Shown: in pieces, positions 55,006 through 64,000 of the stretch
How positions within the stretch are numbered: position 1 is the first letter of the stretch
How the letters are laid out: each line of letters opens with the position of its first letter
Assembly: GCA_965219415.1 (NCBI GenBank)
Contig: CBDCNP010000002.1
Location: forward strand, 5,152,001-5,216,000
Length of the DNA stretch: 64,000 bases
Source of the DNA: Candidatus Marinacidobacterales bacterium
GTDB lineage: Bacteria > Acidobacteriota > Vicinamibacteria > Marinacidobacterales > DATDRI01
Direction of reading: 5' to 3'
Position numbers and translations under genes: made by a program
Notes under the pieces: generated by a model
What the model saw: the letters and a program-made list of their open reading frames with translations, nothing else
Database searches by the model: none
What the model was told of the DNA's origin: nothing

Positions 55006-55767
55006 ATGCCTCACTACCGCGTAACCCTCTCCTATGACGGCACCGAGTATCTGGGATGGCAACTCCAACCGCAGGGCGAGACGATTCAAAGCCGGCTGCA
55101 GGCGGCTCTCGAAACCATGGACGGTAAGCCGGTCAAGGTGGTCGGCGCCGGTAGAACCGACGCCGGCGTCCATGCCCAGGGACAGGTCGCACACTTCCAA
55201 CTCGAAACAAACATTCCCCCTTCGGGTCTGTTGAAAGGAATGAACTCGATCCTGCCTGCCGACATCCGAGTCCTCGAAGCGGAGCTCGCACCAGAAGACT
55301 TCCACGCGCGGCATAGCGCTCGTTCCAAGACCTATCAGTACTTTATGGATCTCTCACCCGTCGCCACGCCTTTTCGGACCCGTTACACGCTGCATCACGC
55401 CTATTCTCTGGATCGAGATGCCATGTCCCACGCCGCGGAGCGATTCCTCGGACGGCGGGACTTCGAAGCGTTCCGCGCGTCTTCCTGCGAAGCCAAGACC
55501 ACGGAAAGAGAGTGCACGACGTCCCGTTTCTCCGGGGACGGGAAGGAGCTCGTATACGAGATCGCGGCCAACGGATTCCTACACCGTATGGTGCGAAACA
55601 TCATGGGCACCCTTCTCGAGGTTGGCCGCGGAAAGCTCACCGCCGAGGATATCGATGGGCTCTTCGCGGCAAGGGACAGAACTCGATCGGGCCCCACGGC
55701 ACCGGCTCGTGGCCTGCACTTGATCCGGGTTGACTACGCTAATCAGCATCGATCCGTCCAGCTGTAG
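55006..55767 (+). CDS. truA: tRNA pseudouridine(38-40) synthase
   Basis: YDGT..GWQ, AGRTDAGVHA, FLHRMVR. Confidence 0.97.
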   Translation: MPHYRVTLSYDGTEYLGWQLQPQGETIQSRLQAALETMDGKPVKVVGAGRTDAGVHAQGQVAHFQLETNIPPSGLLKGMNSILPADIRVLEAELAPEDFHARHSARSKTYQYFMDLSPVATPFRTRYTLHHAYSLDRDAMSHAAERFLGRRDFEAFRASSCEAKTTERECTTSRFSGDGKELVYEIAANGFLHRMVRNIMGTLLEVGRGKLTAEDIDGLFAARDRTRSGPTAPARGLHLIRVDYANQHRSVQL

Positions 55768-55803
55768 TACTGGATTCTTCTGTCGGTGTGATAGAACTCG
55801 ACA

Positions 55804-56650
55804 ATGGACTTGGGAAGGATGTCGCGCTCGAGCATTACCGTTCTTGTAATCTCACTGCCTTTTGCGGCAATTGTCATCATTTTCTCTCAGCTATCGTTAC
55901 ATGCGGGGCACGAACCTCCACGGACTCTCGGCAGCCTTTCTGCCAATAGCGGCCGTACCGGTGTTTATCGCGTGGCAGAACAGCGCTTATCAAGTAGTCC
56001 GAGGGTTTCGCGCGATGGCCCTATCCGGCCAGGGGGGGCTGGCGAGCGTGACCGAAATCATCCTTGCATCCAAACCGCTTCGCCCGGCTCGGGCACCTCT
56101 CTAGCTTGAGCATTCTCGTCTTCGTCTTCCTTGCAGGAATCTTCGTGCTCAGAAAGAAACCTCGCGCTACTGCGCCGCTTGCTTCACGACCACGAACGTT
56201 AGTCATGATGGGTTTGGCCGTTACGTGTATCGCTGAACGGGGGTTGCCACCGAGCTTGGAACTACTACCATCGTGCTGCCTCTGCCGGTCGTCGTACCAG
56301 CCGACCTGCTACACGACCCAGGCGCACCAATGATGAAGAGGGCTTTTGATACTTTGGATCTTGACAACGCCAACATTGCGTCCGTCTCCGACGCGATAAG
56401 TCGGCGATTGGTGGTTACCGGCGCAGTCTGTTTCTTTTCCCTCGGTCTGTGTTTCCTCGCGTTCGTTATGAACTGGACACTCTCGCTTTCTTCCTCATTC
56501 TCTCGGGCGTTTTTGATACTAAGCGTAGCGATGGCCGGTCTTGCGCTCGTGGCAACACTACTTCAATTGGGCCGCCAACACCGTCTCGAGACCGAGATTT
56601 CGTATCTGCTGGAGCGAAGCTCAACCCTGCATGCCACGCCAGTACAGTGA
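55804..56650 (+). pseudogene. Degenerate multi-pass membrane protein (about 3 frameshifts)
   Basis: Hydrophobic segments continue across four successive + strand ORFs. Confidence 0.5.
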
Positions 56651-56691
56651 ACGAACTCAAGAAGATCCCAGCCCCTGGCAAGCTGCTGCAG

Positions 56692-57036
56692 TCATGCCGC
56701 CCCGACCAGGACTAGAATCTTTGCCAGCACATCCGCGACGACACCCTTCGGCGCCGGGCAGATCTCCTTCGCTCGGCGCGAACGCCAGTCCAGGCTCTTG
56801 ATTTGATCCGAGAGAACGGCGCCTTCGATCTCGAGTCCGGCCGGTAGCACGACTTCGAAGGGGTATCCCTTCACCCTCGACGTAACCGGGCAAAAAAGGG
56901 CCAACCCAACTTTGCGGTTATACGCTTTCGGTGAAACGACGAGAGCCGGTCGGCGACCCGCCTGTTCGTGACCGGCGCGAGGATCGAACTGCAGCCAGAC
57001 AAGATCACCGCGCGCCGGGACATACGCCTTCGGCAC
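56692..57036 (-). CDS. mazF: MazF/PemK endoribonuclease toxin
   Basis: FDPRAGHEQAGRRPALVVS, KGYPFEV, DQIKSLDW. Confidence 0.96.
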   Translation of the reverse strand: MPKAYVPARGDLVWLQFDPRAGHEQAGRRPALVVSPKAYNRKVGLALFCPVTSRVKGYPFEVVLPAGLEIEGAVLSDQIKSLDWRSRRAKEICPAPKGVVADVLAKILVLVGAA

Positions 57037-57278
57037 TACCAGACTTCCTCACCGGTGGCTCTGCCGCTCTCGACCTCCGAGTGGAGATTGCGTTTGGAGA
57101 CTCCCTCGAGAAGCTCATCAAGCGTGTACGTCGGTTGCTCCGAAGGCCGAATGACCAGTTCCCCGTCCCGCAGCGAGAGATCGACTGTCGATCCCTCTTG
57201 GACTCTAGCTTCGAGGGCGATGGTCTTTGGAATGCGAAGCCCCAGGCTATTCCCCCACTTCTGAATTTTGGTGTGCAG
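57036..57278 (-). CDS. mazE: MazE/AbrB antitoxin (apparent CTG start)
   Basis: TKIQKWGNSLGLRIP, YTLDELL, GEEVW. Confidence 0.93.
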   Translation of the reverse strand: MHTKIQKWGNSLGLRIPKTIALEARVQEGSTVDLSLRDGELVIRPSEQPTYTLDELLEGVSKRNLHSEVESGRATGEEVW

Positions 57279-57290
57279 ACTCGCCTCCTC

Positions 57291-57313
57291 TTGTATATAC
57301 AAAGTATATACAA
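57291..57313. promoter_or_regulatory. Probable mazEF autoregulatory operator TTGTATATAC-AAA-GTATATACAA
   Basis: Perfect 10-bp inverted repeat immediately upstream of the mazE RBS. Confidence 0.8.
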
Positions 57314-57378
57314 TCACCTTCTAGGCGTCAAACCGGCGTCCTGCCCGGTTCATAGCAGCAACCGCCGCCTGGCTAGCC

Positions 57379-60300
57379 CGATATTGGCAACTGGCTATTT
57401 TGGCGGCCAGCAGGTATTTGAGTGACGCCAACTGGACGCCCCTCAGCGGAGAATCGAATGCCGCCCACTCTTCCCTATTCATCAAGGATCTGGATCGTCG
57501 TCGACGCACGAACCTCCTCGTCGCTGGCCCCGGGAGGCAAGATCGGCGTCTTGAAGACGAAGACTCTTCCCTGGGGCAAACTCTCGTCCGCGGAGCGGAT
57601 CACCCGCGCTCTGGTCTCGATAAACGGGTCCCCGGCGTCGAATCGGACCCCAGACGTCACACACATTTCTGATCTCCTCATTGTCCTAGCCTCCTACCGA
57701 GGAGTGACGACAAAATCGAGCCTTTCCCTCCTCCATGGATCGGAGTGCCTCATATGTTCTTGATCCGCTCCCACGCAGAACGCTAACCTGTCGGGATGGG
57801 CTCTCGACAAAACAGCCGTCCTATACAGCGTCGAAAGGTTTCTGCCGACGCCGTAATCCGGATCCGAGGAGCCCGTCAGAACAACCTCAAGGGCATCGAT
57901 CTAGATCTCCCGCTTGGCGCCCTGGTGGCGGTGACCGGCGTCTCCGGCTCGGGCAAGTCCTCGCTGGCGTTCGACACCCTTTACGCAGAGGGCCAGCGAC
58001 GATACGTGGAGAGCTTTTCCACCTATGCCCGTCAGTTCCTCGACCGCATGGACAAGCCGGCCGTCGGCCGCATCGAAGGAATCCCCCCCTCCATTGCAGT
58101 CGACCAAAGCAATCCGGTGAAGAACTCGCGCTCCACCGTCGGCACGATGACCGAGATCACCGACCACGTGAAACTGCTCTTCTCCAAGCTGGCGGAGCTC
58201 TACTGCCGCGAATGCGGCCAAACGGTCGACAGGGACTCGGTAGACTCGATCCTCGAAAAACTGCTCAGCGAGTTCGGCGGCATTCGACTTCTCATCACAT
58301 TCCCACTTCGAGTACCGAGGAAAACCAGTACCGAGGAAGTCGAGTCCAGCCTTGTGGGACTTGGCCTACGCCGCCTTCTGGTCGACGGAAAGATCCAGGA
58401 GATCTCTCGGAAGCTGCTGGCTCGACTCCGCGACAAACCGATAGCCGTTGTTGTCGACCGAACGACCAGCAAACCCGAAGGCCGAGAGAGGTTGGCGGAC
58501 TCCGTCGGACAGGCGCTTCATTTCGGCAAGGGGCACGTCAGCGTTTTGATTGATAGGGGAAAAGCGCTCGAAGAAGTCCCCTTCAGCGAGCATTTCCACT
58601 GCGCGACGTGTGACATCCACTACCCCGATCCGGTTCCGAACCTCTTCTCCTTCAACAACCCGCTGGGAGCCTGCGAAAACTGCAAGGGTTTCGGTCGCAC
58701 CATTGGCATCGATCTCGAGTTGGTCATCCCCGACCCGAGAAAGACTTTGCGACAAGGGGCCATCAAGCCGTGGACCACCGCCGCCTACCGCGAAGGTCAA
58801 GAAGACCTGTTGGCCTATTGCCGGCGCAAACGCATCCCGGCGGACGCTCCGTGGGCGAAGTTGTCCCGAAAGCAACAACGCCAGGTCATAGAAGGCGACC
58901 GAAGCTTCTACGGTATCGAAGGCTTCTTCAAGTGGCTCGAAACTCGTACGTACAAAATGCACATCCGCGTGCTTCTGTCGAAGTACCGGAGCTATGTGCG
59001 ATGCGAGTCGTGCGGCGGGACACGATTCAAGAAAGAGACGCTGCTCTATCGGCTTGGCGGAAGAACCGTTGCCGAGATCTACGCGGCTGACATCGAGGAA
59101 ACACTCGATTTTTTCACTCGGTGGCCGAGTCGTCCGGGCGATCGTGTGGCGGAGATGCTGCTCGACGAGATCGAAAGCCGGCTAACTTACCTACGCGATG
59201 TAGGCCTCGGGTATCTGACACTCGATCGTCAGTCCCGAACACTCTCCGGAGGCGAGGTCCAGAGGGTGGATCTCACGACCGCGCTCGGCTCCTCTCTGGT
59301 CAACACGCTTTACGTGTTGGACGAGCCTTCCGTCGGCTTGCACCCAAGGGACACCTCGCGGCTCATGGACATCCTGAAACGGCTGCGCGACAACGACAAC
59401 ACCATCGTGGTCGTGGAGCACGAGCCGGAAGTGATTCGGCGCGCCGATCGAGTCGTGGATCTCGGCCCGGGTGCCGGCGAGCGAGGCGGCAAGTTGGCCT
59501 TTTTCGGAACGCCGGCCGAGCTCGTGAAATCCGCGAACACCTTGACCGGAAAGTACCTCTCCGGTCGCTTGCGCATTCCATGGCGGACTTCCCGGCGCAA
59601 AGGACGCAAGGGGCAGGCGATTCGCATCCGCGGGGCCAAACAGAACAATCTTCAAAACGCCGACGTCGAAATCCCGCTCGGGATCATGGTCGCTGTCACC
59701 GGGGTCTCGGGCTCCGGCAAGAGCACCCTGATCGAGGACATCCTCTATCGCGGATATCGGAAGTGGAAAGGCAAAGGGACGGGCGAGCCGAGCGCCTGCG
59801 ACGGCCTCGACGGCTTGGAGTTGATCGAAGACATGGTCCTCGTCGACCAGTCGCCTATCGGTAGAACGCCTCGCTCGAACGCCCTCACGTATCTCAAGGC
59901 CTATGCGCCCATACGACAGCTCTTTGCCTTGACCCGTACGGCTCGCGACCGCGGCTTCTCCGCTAGCACGTTCAGCTTCAACGTGGACGGTGGTCGCTGC
60001 CCCCTTTGCTCCGGAGACGGGTTCGAAAAAGTCGAGATGCAGTTCCTCTCCGACGTCTACGTGACCTGCGAGTCGTGTGGCGGGGCCCGGTTCAAGCGAG
60101 AGGTGCTCGAGGTTCGGTTTCGCGAGAAGAACATTCAAGACGTGCTCGAGATGACGGTGACGGAAGGGATTCGCTTCTTCGCTGGATGGGAGAAGATCGT
60201 GACTCCCTTGGAGGTGCTGCGTGGGGTGGGGCTCGGGTATCTGCGTCTCGGTCAACCGGTCAACACTCTATCCGGCGGTGAGGCCCAGCGATTGAAGCTG

Positions 60301-63300
60301 GCCTACCACATGAGCGGTGCGGTCGCGGAAGGAACGCTGTTCTTATTCGACGAGCCGACCACCGGACTACACTTCGACGACATCCGCGTCCTCCTATCCG
60401 CGTTCGACAAACTTCTCGCGCGAGGTGCCAGCATCCTGGTCATCGAGCACAATATGGACGTCGTGAAAAACGCCGATTGGGTGATCGACCTGGGGCCGGA
60501 GGGGGGCGACGCCGGTGGACGGGTCGTTGCAACAGGGACTCCGGAACAGATAGTGCGATCGCGCGCGTCCCAAACCGGACGATACCTGGCGCCTTACTTG
60601 AAACAGAAGCCACCTCGCATCGCATCTTCACCACTTCCTCGTCAGGAGGTCGACACCGGGGCGGTTCGCGTCATTGGCGCCCGTCATCACAACCTAAAAA
60701 ACGTCACCGTCGACACGCCCCGTGATCAGATGGTCGTCGTCACTGGCCTCTCCGGTTCAGGCAAGAGCACGTTGGCATTCGATATCCTGTTCGCGGAAGG
60801 CCAGCGGCGATTCATCCAAAGCCTCTCCGCATACGCCCGCCAGTACATCCGCGTGATGGACAAACCGGAGCTCGATTTGCTCTTGGGTATTCCGCCCACC
60901 GTTTCGATCGAGCAAAGACTCACGCAGGGTGGTCGCACCTCCACCGTCGCCACCACCACCGAGATTTACCACTACCTGCGGCTGCTGTACTCCAAGGTGG
61001 GCGTTCAGCATTGCGTGGAATGCGCCATACCCATCACGCCTCAGACCGAAGATCAGATCGCTAGTGATATGGCTCGCCGGTTCAAGAAAGAGAGAGTGCT
61101 GCTCCTGGCGCCACTGGTACGTGCGCGAAAGGGTTCTCATCGAGAGGTCTTGGAGCGCGCCGCCAAAGAAGGTTTCGAGAAGCTGCGCATCGACAGGAAG
61201 ATGATCCCTACCGCGGCGGCACGCCCACTTCGTCGCTACGTCGAGCACGACATCGAAGCCGTCGTAGCGGAGCTAACCCTGGACGCGGCGACTGCGCCGA
61301 ACGGACGTGCCCAACTTCGACGAGCTCTGGAGCTAGGACGGGGCGCGGTCGTAATGGTAAGCGCCAAGGAAGCCCGCTATTACAATCTAAGGCGAGCCTG
61401 CCCGCGGTGCGAGACCAGCTACGAAGAGCTCGACCCGAGGCTCTTTTCGTTCAACAGCCGCTACGGAGCGTGTCCGGCCTGCCGCGGCATGGGATATCGG
61501 GAAGCGTTCGATCCGGAGCTCGTCGTTTCGGACCGGGGCGTCTCGCTGGATGAAGGGGCGATCGTACCCCTCGTCAATAGCTCCAAGAAATTTCCCCGAA
61601 GCGCCTCGCACTCGGCGCGAGTGCTTCGCATGGCAACGAAGTTGAAGATCGATCGGCGACGGACTTTCGACAAAGTGGCGCGCAAGCAACGGGAAGCTTT
61701 TCTTTTCGGAACCACCGAGCTAGAAGGGGTCCTTCCGTACTTGGAGCGGATCTATACAGAAGCCACGGGCGAGTTAGCCGAGCACCTGCAGCAGTTTCGT
61801 TCTCAAACCCCTTGCTCCGAGTGTGGCGGCGGTCGGCTCAACCGCATCGCCCGCGCCGTACGCTTGAGCGGCCTCGGTATTCATCAGGTCGCAGACCTGA
61901 CGCCCGAAGGAGCACTCCAGTTCTTGTCGGGCGTGGATCTTCAGGGAAGAACTGGCGTCATCGCCGACAATATCCTCAAAGAGATTACCGCGCGCCTTTC
62001 TTTTCTCTTGCAAGTTGGCCTTTCCTATCTTCAGTTGTCCCGACGGAGCGACACGCTCTCGGGAGGAGAGGCGCAGCGTATTCGTCTCGCGGCGCAACTC
62101 GGCTCGAACCTGAGGGGCGTTTGTTACATTCTCGACGAACCGACCATCGGTCTTCACGTTCGAGACAATCGGGTGCTTTTGAATACCCTGCGTCAACTTC
62201 AGCGGGCCGGCAATTCAGTGGTCATCGTCGAGCACGATGAAGACACGATCCGTCAAGCGGATCATGTGATCGACCTCGGCCCGGGAGGAGGAGCCGCGGG
62301 TGGCGAAGTGGTCGCAGTAGGAAGCCCCGCCGAGATCGAAGCAAATCCCCACTCGCTGACTGGCCGGTTTCTGAAACGCAAGAACGGTGTGCCAACGAGG
62401 CGGCCGCGATCTCTCGAAGGCTGTTCCTTCGTAACCATACGCGGAGCGAAAGAGCACAACCTGAAGAATATCCGCGTGCGGTTCCCCACCGGTCGGCTGA
62501 GTGTCGTCACCGGTGTTTCGGGGTCGGGAAAGAGCACCTTGGTCCGTGACATCCTCTATCGCGCCGTTCGCCGCAAGCTGACGGGGAGCGGAGGACGGGT
62601 CGGCGAGCACCGGGAAGTCACTGGGGCCGATGCCTTCACGCGCGTTCTCGAGGTCGATCAAACCCCGATCGGAAAAACACGACGCTCCATTCCCGCCTCT
62701 TATGTCGGCTTTTTCGACGAAATCAGAAAACTGTTCGCCTCGACTCCGGAAGCCCGCATGCTCGGGTACGCGCCCGGTCGGTTCTCTTTCAACGTCAAAG
62801 GCGGCCGATGCGAAAATTGTACGGGCCAAGGCCGGATAAAGATGGAGATGAGTTTTTTGCCCAACGTCTACGTCCACTGCGAGGTCTGCGACGGCCGGAG
62901 ATACAACGAGGAAACCCTCTCGGTCACGTACCGCGGCAAGAACATTCATCAGGTTCTAGAGATGACGTTCACGGAATCCGAGGAGCTCTTCCGTCCGATA
63001 GAGCCGATACATCGGCCGCTTCGAATCCTCAACGAGATGGGGCTCGGCTACCTTACGCTCGGGCAACCGTCGAACACTCTGTCCGGCGGCGAAGCGCAAC
63101 GGATCAAGCTCGCCTACGAGCTTGCAAAACCCAGCCGTGGTTCGACGCTGTACGTGCTCGATGAGCCGACCACCGGTCTACACATGGCGGATATCGAGAA
63201 ACTGGTGGGTTCGCTCCAGTCGTTGGTTGACCAAGGGAACACGGTCGTCGTGATCGAGCACAATCTGGAAGTCGTCCGAGAAGCCGATTGTGTCGTCGAT

Positions 63301-63531
63301 CTCGGACCCGAAGGAGGGGAGCAAGGAGGCCGCTTGGTCGCCTGGGGACCGCCGGCCGAAGTCGCCGCCATGGGTGAGACCTCCTACACCGCTCGCTTCT
63401 TGAAGAAGTACCTCCGAAGCTTTCCTGTCTCGGCCTCCGCCTAGGGAGAGCGCGCCCTAGATTCTGCAGGGCGTCCTGGTCGGCATCACTCAGCGCCTGC
63501 TCGCCGCCAAAATACCCAGTTGCCAATCTCG
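57379..63531. repeat. Pair of about 68-bp imperfect inverted repeats (57379-57446 and 63464-63531) bracketing uvrA
   Basis: ATTGGCAACTGGSTATTTTGGCGGCSAGCAGG..TGAGTGAYGCC..GGACGCCC. Confidence 0.8.
57796..63444 (+). CDS. uvrA: Double-length (tandem-fused) excinuclease ABC subunit A
   Basis: Four GxSGSGKS Walker A and four LSGGE motifs, repeated CxxC fingers, 1882 aa. Confidence 0.96.
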   Translation: MGSRQNSRPIQRRKVSADAVIRIRGARQNNLKGIDLDLPLGALVAVTGVSGSGKSSLAFDTLYAEGQRRYVESFSTYARQFLDRMDKPAVGRIEGIPPSIAVDQSNPVKNSRSTVGTMTEITDHVKLLFSKLAELYCRECGQTVDRDSVDSILEKLLSEFGGIRLLITFPLRVPRKTSTEEVESSLVGLGLRRLLVDGKIQEISRKLLARLRDKPIAVVVDRTTSKPEGRERLADSVGQALHFGKGHVSVLIDRGKALEEVPFSEHFHCATCDIHYPDPVPNLFSFNNPLGACENCKGFGRTIGIDLELVIPDPRKTLRQGAIKPWTTAAYREGQEDLLAYCRRKRIPADAPWAKLSRKQQRQVIEGDRSFYGIEGFFKWLETRTYKMHIRVLLSKYRSYVRCESCGGTRFKKETLLYRLGGRTVAEIYAADIEETLDFFTRWPSRPGDRVAEMLLDEIESRLTYLRDVGLGYLTLDRQSRTLSGGEVQRVDLTTALGSSLVNTLYVLDEPSVGLHPRDTSRLMDILKRLRDNDNTIVVVEHEPEVIRRADRVVDLGPGAGERGGKLAFFGTPAELVKSANTLTGKYLSGRLRIPWRTSRRKGRKGQAIRIRGAKQNNLQNADVEIPLGIMVAVTGVSGSGKSTLIEDILYRGYRKWKGKGTGEPSACDGLDGLELIEDMVLVDQSPIGRTPRSNALTYLKAYAPIRQLFALTRTARDRGFSASTFSFNVDGGRCPLCSGDGFEKVEMQFLSDVYVTCESCGGARFKREVLEVRFREKNIQDVLEMTVTEGIRFFAGWEKIVTPLEVLRGVGLGYLRLGQPVNTLSGGEAQRLKLAYHMSGAVAEGTLFLFDEPTTGLHFDDIRVLLSAFDKLLARGASILVIEHNMDVVKNADWVIDLGPEGGDAGGRVVATGTPEQIVRSRASQTGRYLAPYLKQKPPRIASSPLPRQEVDTGAVRVIGARHHNLKNVTVDTPRDQMVVVTGLSGSGKSTLAFDILFAEGQRRFIQSLSAYARQYIRVMDKPELDLLLGIPPTVSIEQRLTQGGRTSTVATTTEIYHYLRLLYSKVGVQHCVECAIPITPQTEDQIASDMARRFKKERVLLLAPLVRARKGSHREVLERAAKEGFEKLRIDRKMIPTAAARPLRRYVEHDIEAVVAELTLDAATAPNGRAQLRRALELGRGAVVMVSAKEARYYNLRRACPRCETSYEELDPRLFSFNSRYGACPACRGMGYREAFDPELVVSDRGVSLDEGAIVPLVNSSKKFPRSASHSARVLRMATKLKIDRRRTFDKVARKQREAFLFGTTELEGVLPYLERIYTEATGELAEHLQQFRSQTPCSECGGGRLNRIARAVRLSGLGIHQVADLTPEGALQFLSGVDLQGRTGVIADNILKEITARLSFLLQVGLSYLQLSRRSDTLSGGEAQRIRLAAQLGSNLRGVCYILDEPTIGLHVRDNRVLLNTLRQLQRAGNSVVIVEHDEDTIRQADHVIDLGPGGGAAGGEVVAVGSPAEIEANPHSLTGRFLKRKNGVPTRRPRSLEGCSFVTIRGAKEHNLKNIRVRFPTGRLSVVTGVSGSGKSTLVRDILYRAVRRKLTGSGGRVGEHREVTGADAFTRVLEVDQTPIGKTRRSIPASYVGFFDEIRKLFASTPEARMLGYAPGRFSFNVKGGRCENCTGQGRIKMEMSFLPNVYVHCEVCDGRRYNEETLSVTYRGKNIHQVLEMTFTESEELFRPIEPIHRPLRILNEMGLGYLTLGQPSNTLSGGEAQRIKLAYELAKPSRGSTLYVLDEPTTGLHMADIEKLVGSLQSLVDQGNTVVVIEHNLEVVREADCVVDLGPEGGEQGGRLVAWGPPAEVAAMGETSYTARFLKKYLRSFPVSASA

Positions 63532-63750
63532 AGCTTCCTGCACGAGCGCCGTACCCATAGGCACAACAACACTTGGACACATTACACCAGGCGCCGAAGA
63601 CCACCTGAGCATCCTCGAGGCGCTTTGGTATCATCCGCAGGCGAGTACAGTTCTCAATCACGGCACGCTCCCGAATGACATCGGCCCTTGAAAAAAATAG
63701 ACGCCCGATTTGCGTCGGCACCAAGCCGTTCAATTTGGTAGTAATAGAAA

Positions 63751-64000
63751 ATGCTATTTGACTTGCCGAACGACGATTCGCTGTACAAGGCTCTGATCGC
63801 CCGCGATCCCTCTTTTGAGGGGCTTGCCTGGGTTGGCGTAAGCAGTACCGGCATTTTCTGCCGACTGACCTGCCCGGCAAGAAAACCCAAACGAGAAAAC
63901 AGCCGGTTCTTCGCAAGTGTTGCTGCGTGTTTGGATGCCGGATTTCGCCCCTGCCAGCGATGCCGTCCGCTGACCTCGGCCGGCGAAGCGGATCCCGTGG
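63751..64000 (+). CDS. ada: Ada/AdaA methylphosphotriester-DNA alkyltransferase regulator, N-terminus (runs off window)
   Basis: TGIFCRLTCPARKPK..GFRPCQRCRP Zn motif. Confidence 0.92.
   Translation, partial: MLFDLPNDDSLYKALIARDPSFEGLAWVGVSSTGIFCRLTCPARKPKRENSRFFASVAACLDAGFRPCQRCRPLTSAGEADPV

Noticed and set aside
57475-57681. Small minus-strand ORF upstream of mazE
   Set aside because: There is an RBS-like sequence but two competing short frames and no recognisable motif
57796-63444. uvrA doubling as a misassembly
   Set aside because: The halves are strongly diverged and joined in frame; the architecture is known

Overview
GC-rich bacterial chromosome segment. Gene content (tig-clpP-clpX-lon-engB-rho, BlaI/M56 pair, long TonB receptor, double-length UvrA, GGGGTGGGGCCCC-type repeats) suggests Acidobacteriota; this is inference. 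There are two zones. (1) About 1-20.9 kb is an accessory, IS-rich, decaying region. It holds IS256, IS3, IS1, IS5 and an rve-integrase element, a frameshifted DUF2924/serine-recombinase module, and a translationally coupled three-gene cassette (Gly/Ala-hairpin protein, putative D..QxK nuclease-like membrane protein, TerB-like protein) that is the best candidate for an uncharacterised, possibly defence-related system. It also contains a TonB receptor lying in a reconstructable 2.95-kb inversion that splits a LysR gene, and a pilB gene missing its ATPase core. (2) About 21-64 kb is mostly intact core genome: tRNA-Leu, proteostasis and translation genes, murA, lspA-lgt-rluD, pyrRBC, pyrE, truA, TolC, mazEF, tandem uvrA and the start of ada. 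This zone also has a second IS256 that truncates a response regulator while supplying it an in-frame ATG, two further pseudogenes and several REP-like repeat families. No CRISPR array or rRNA was seen.
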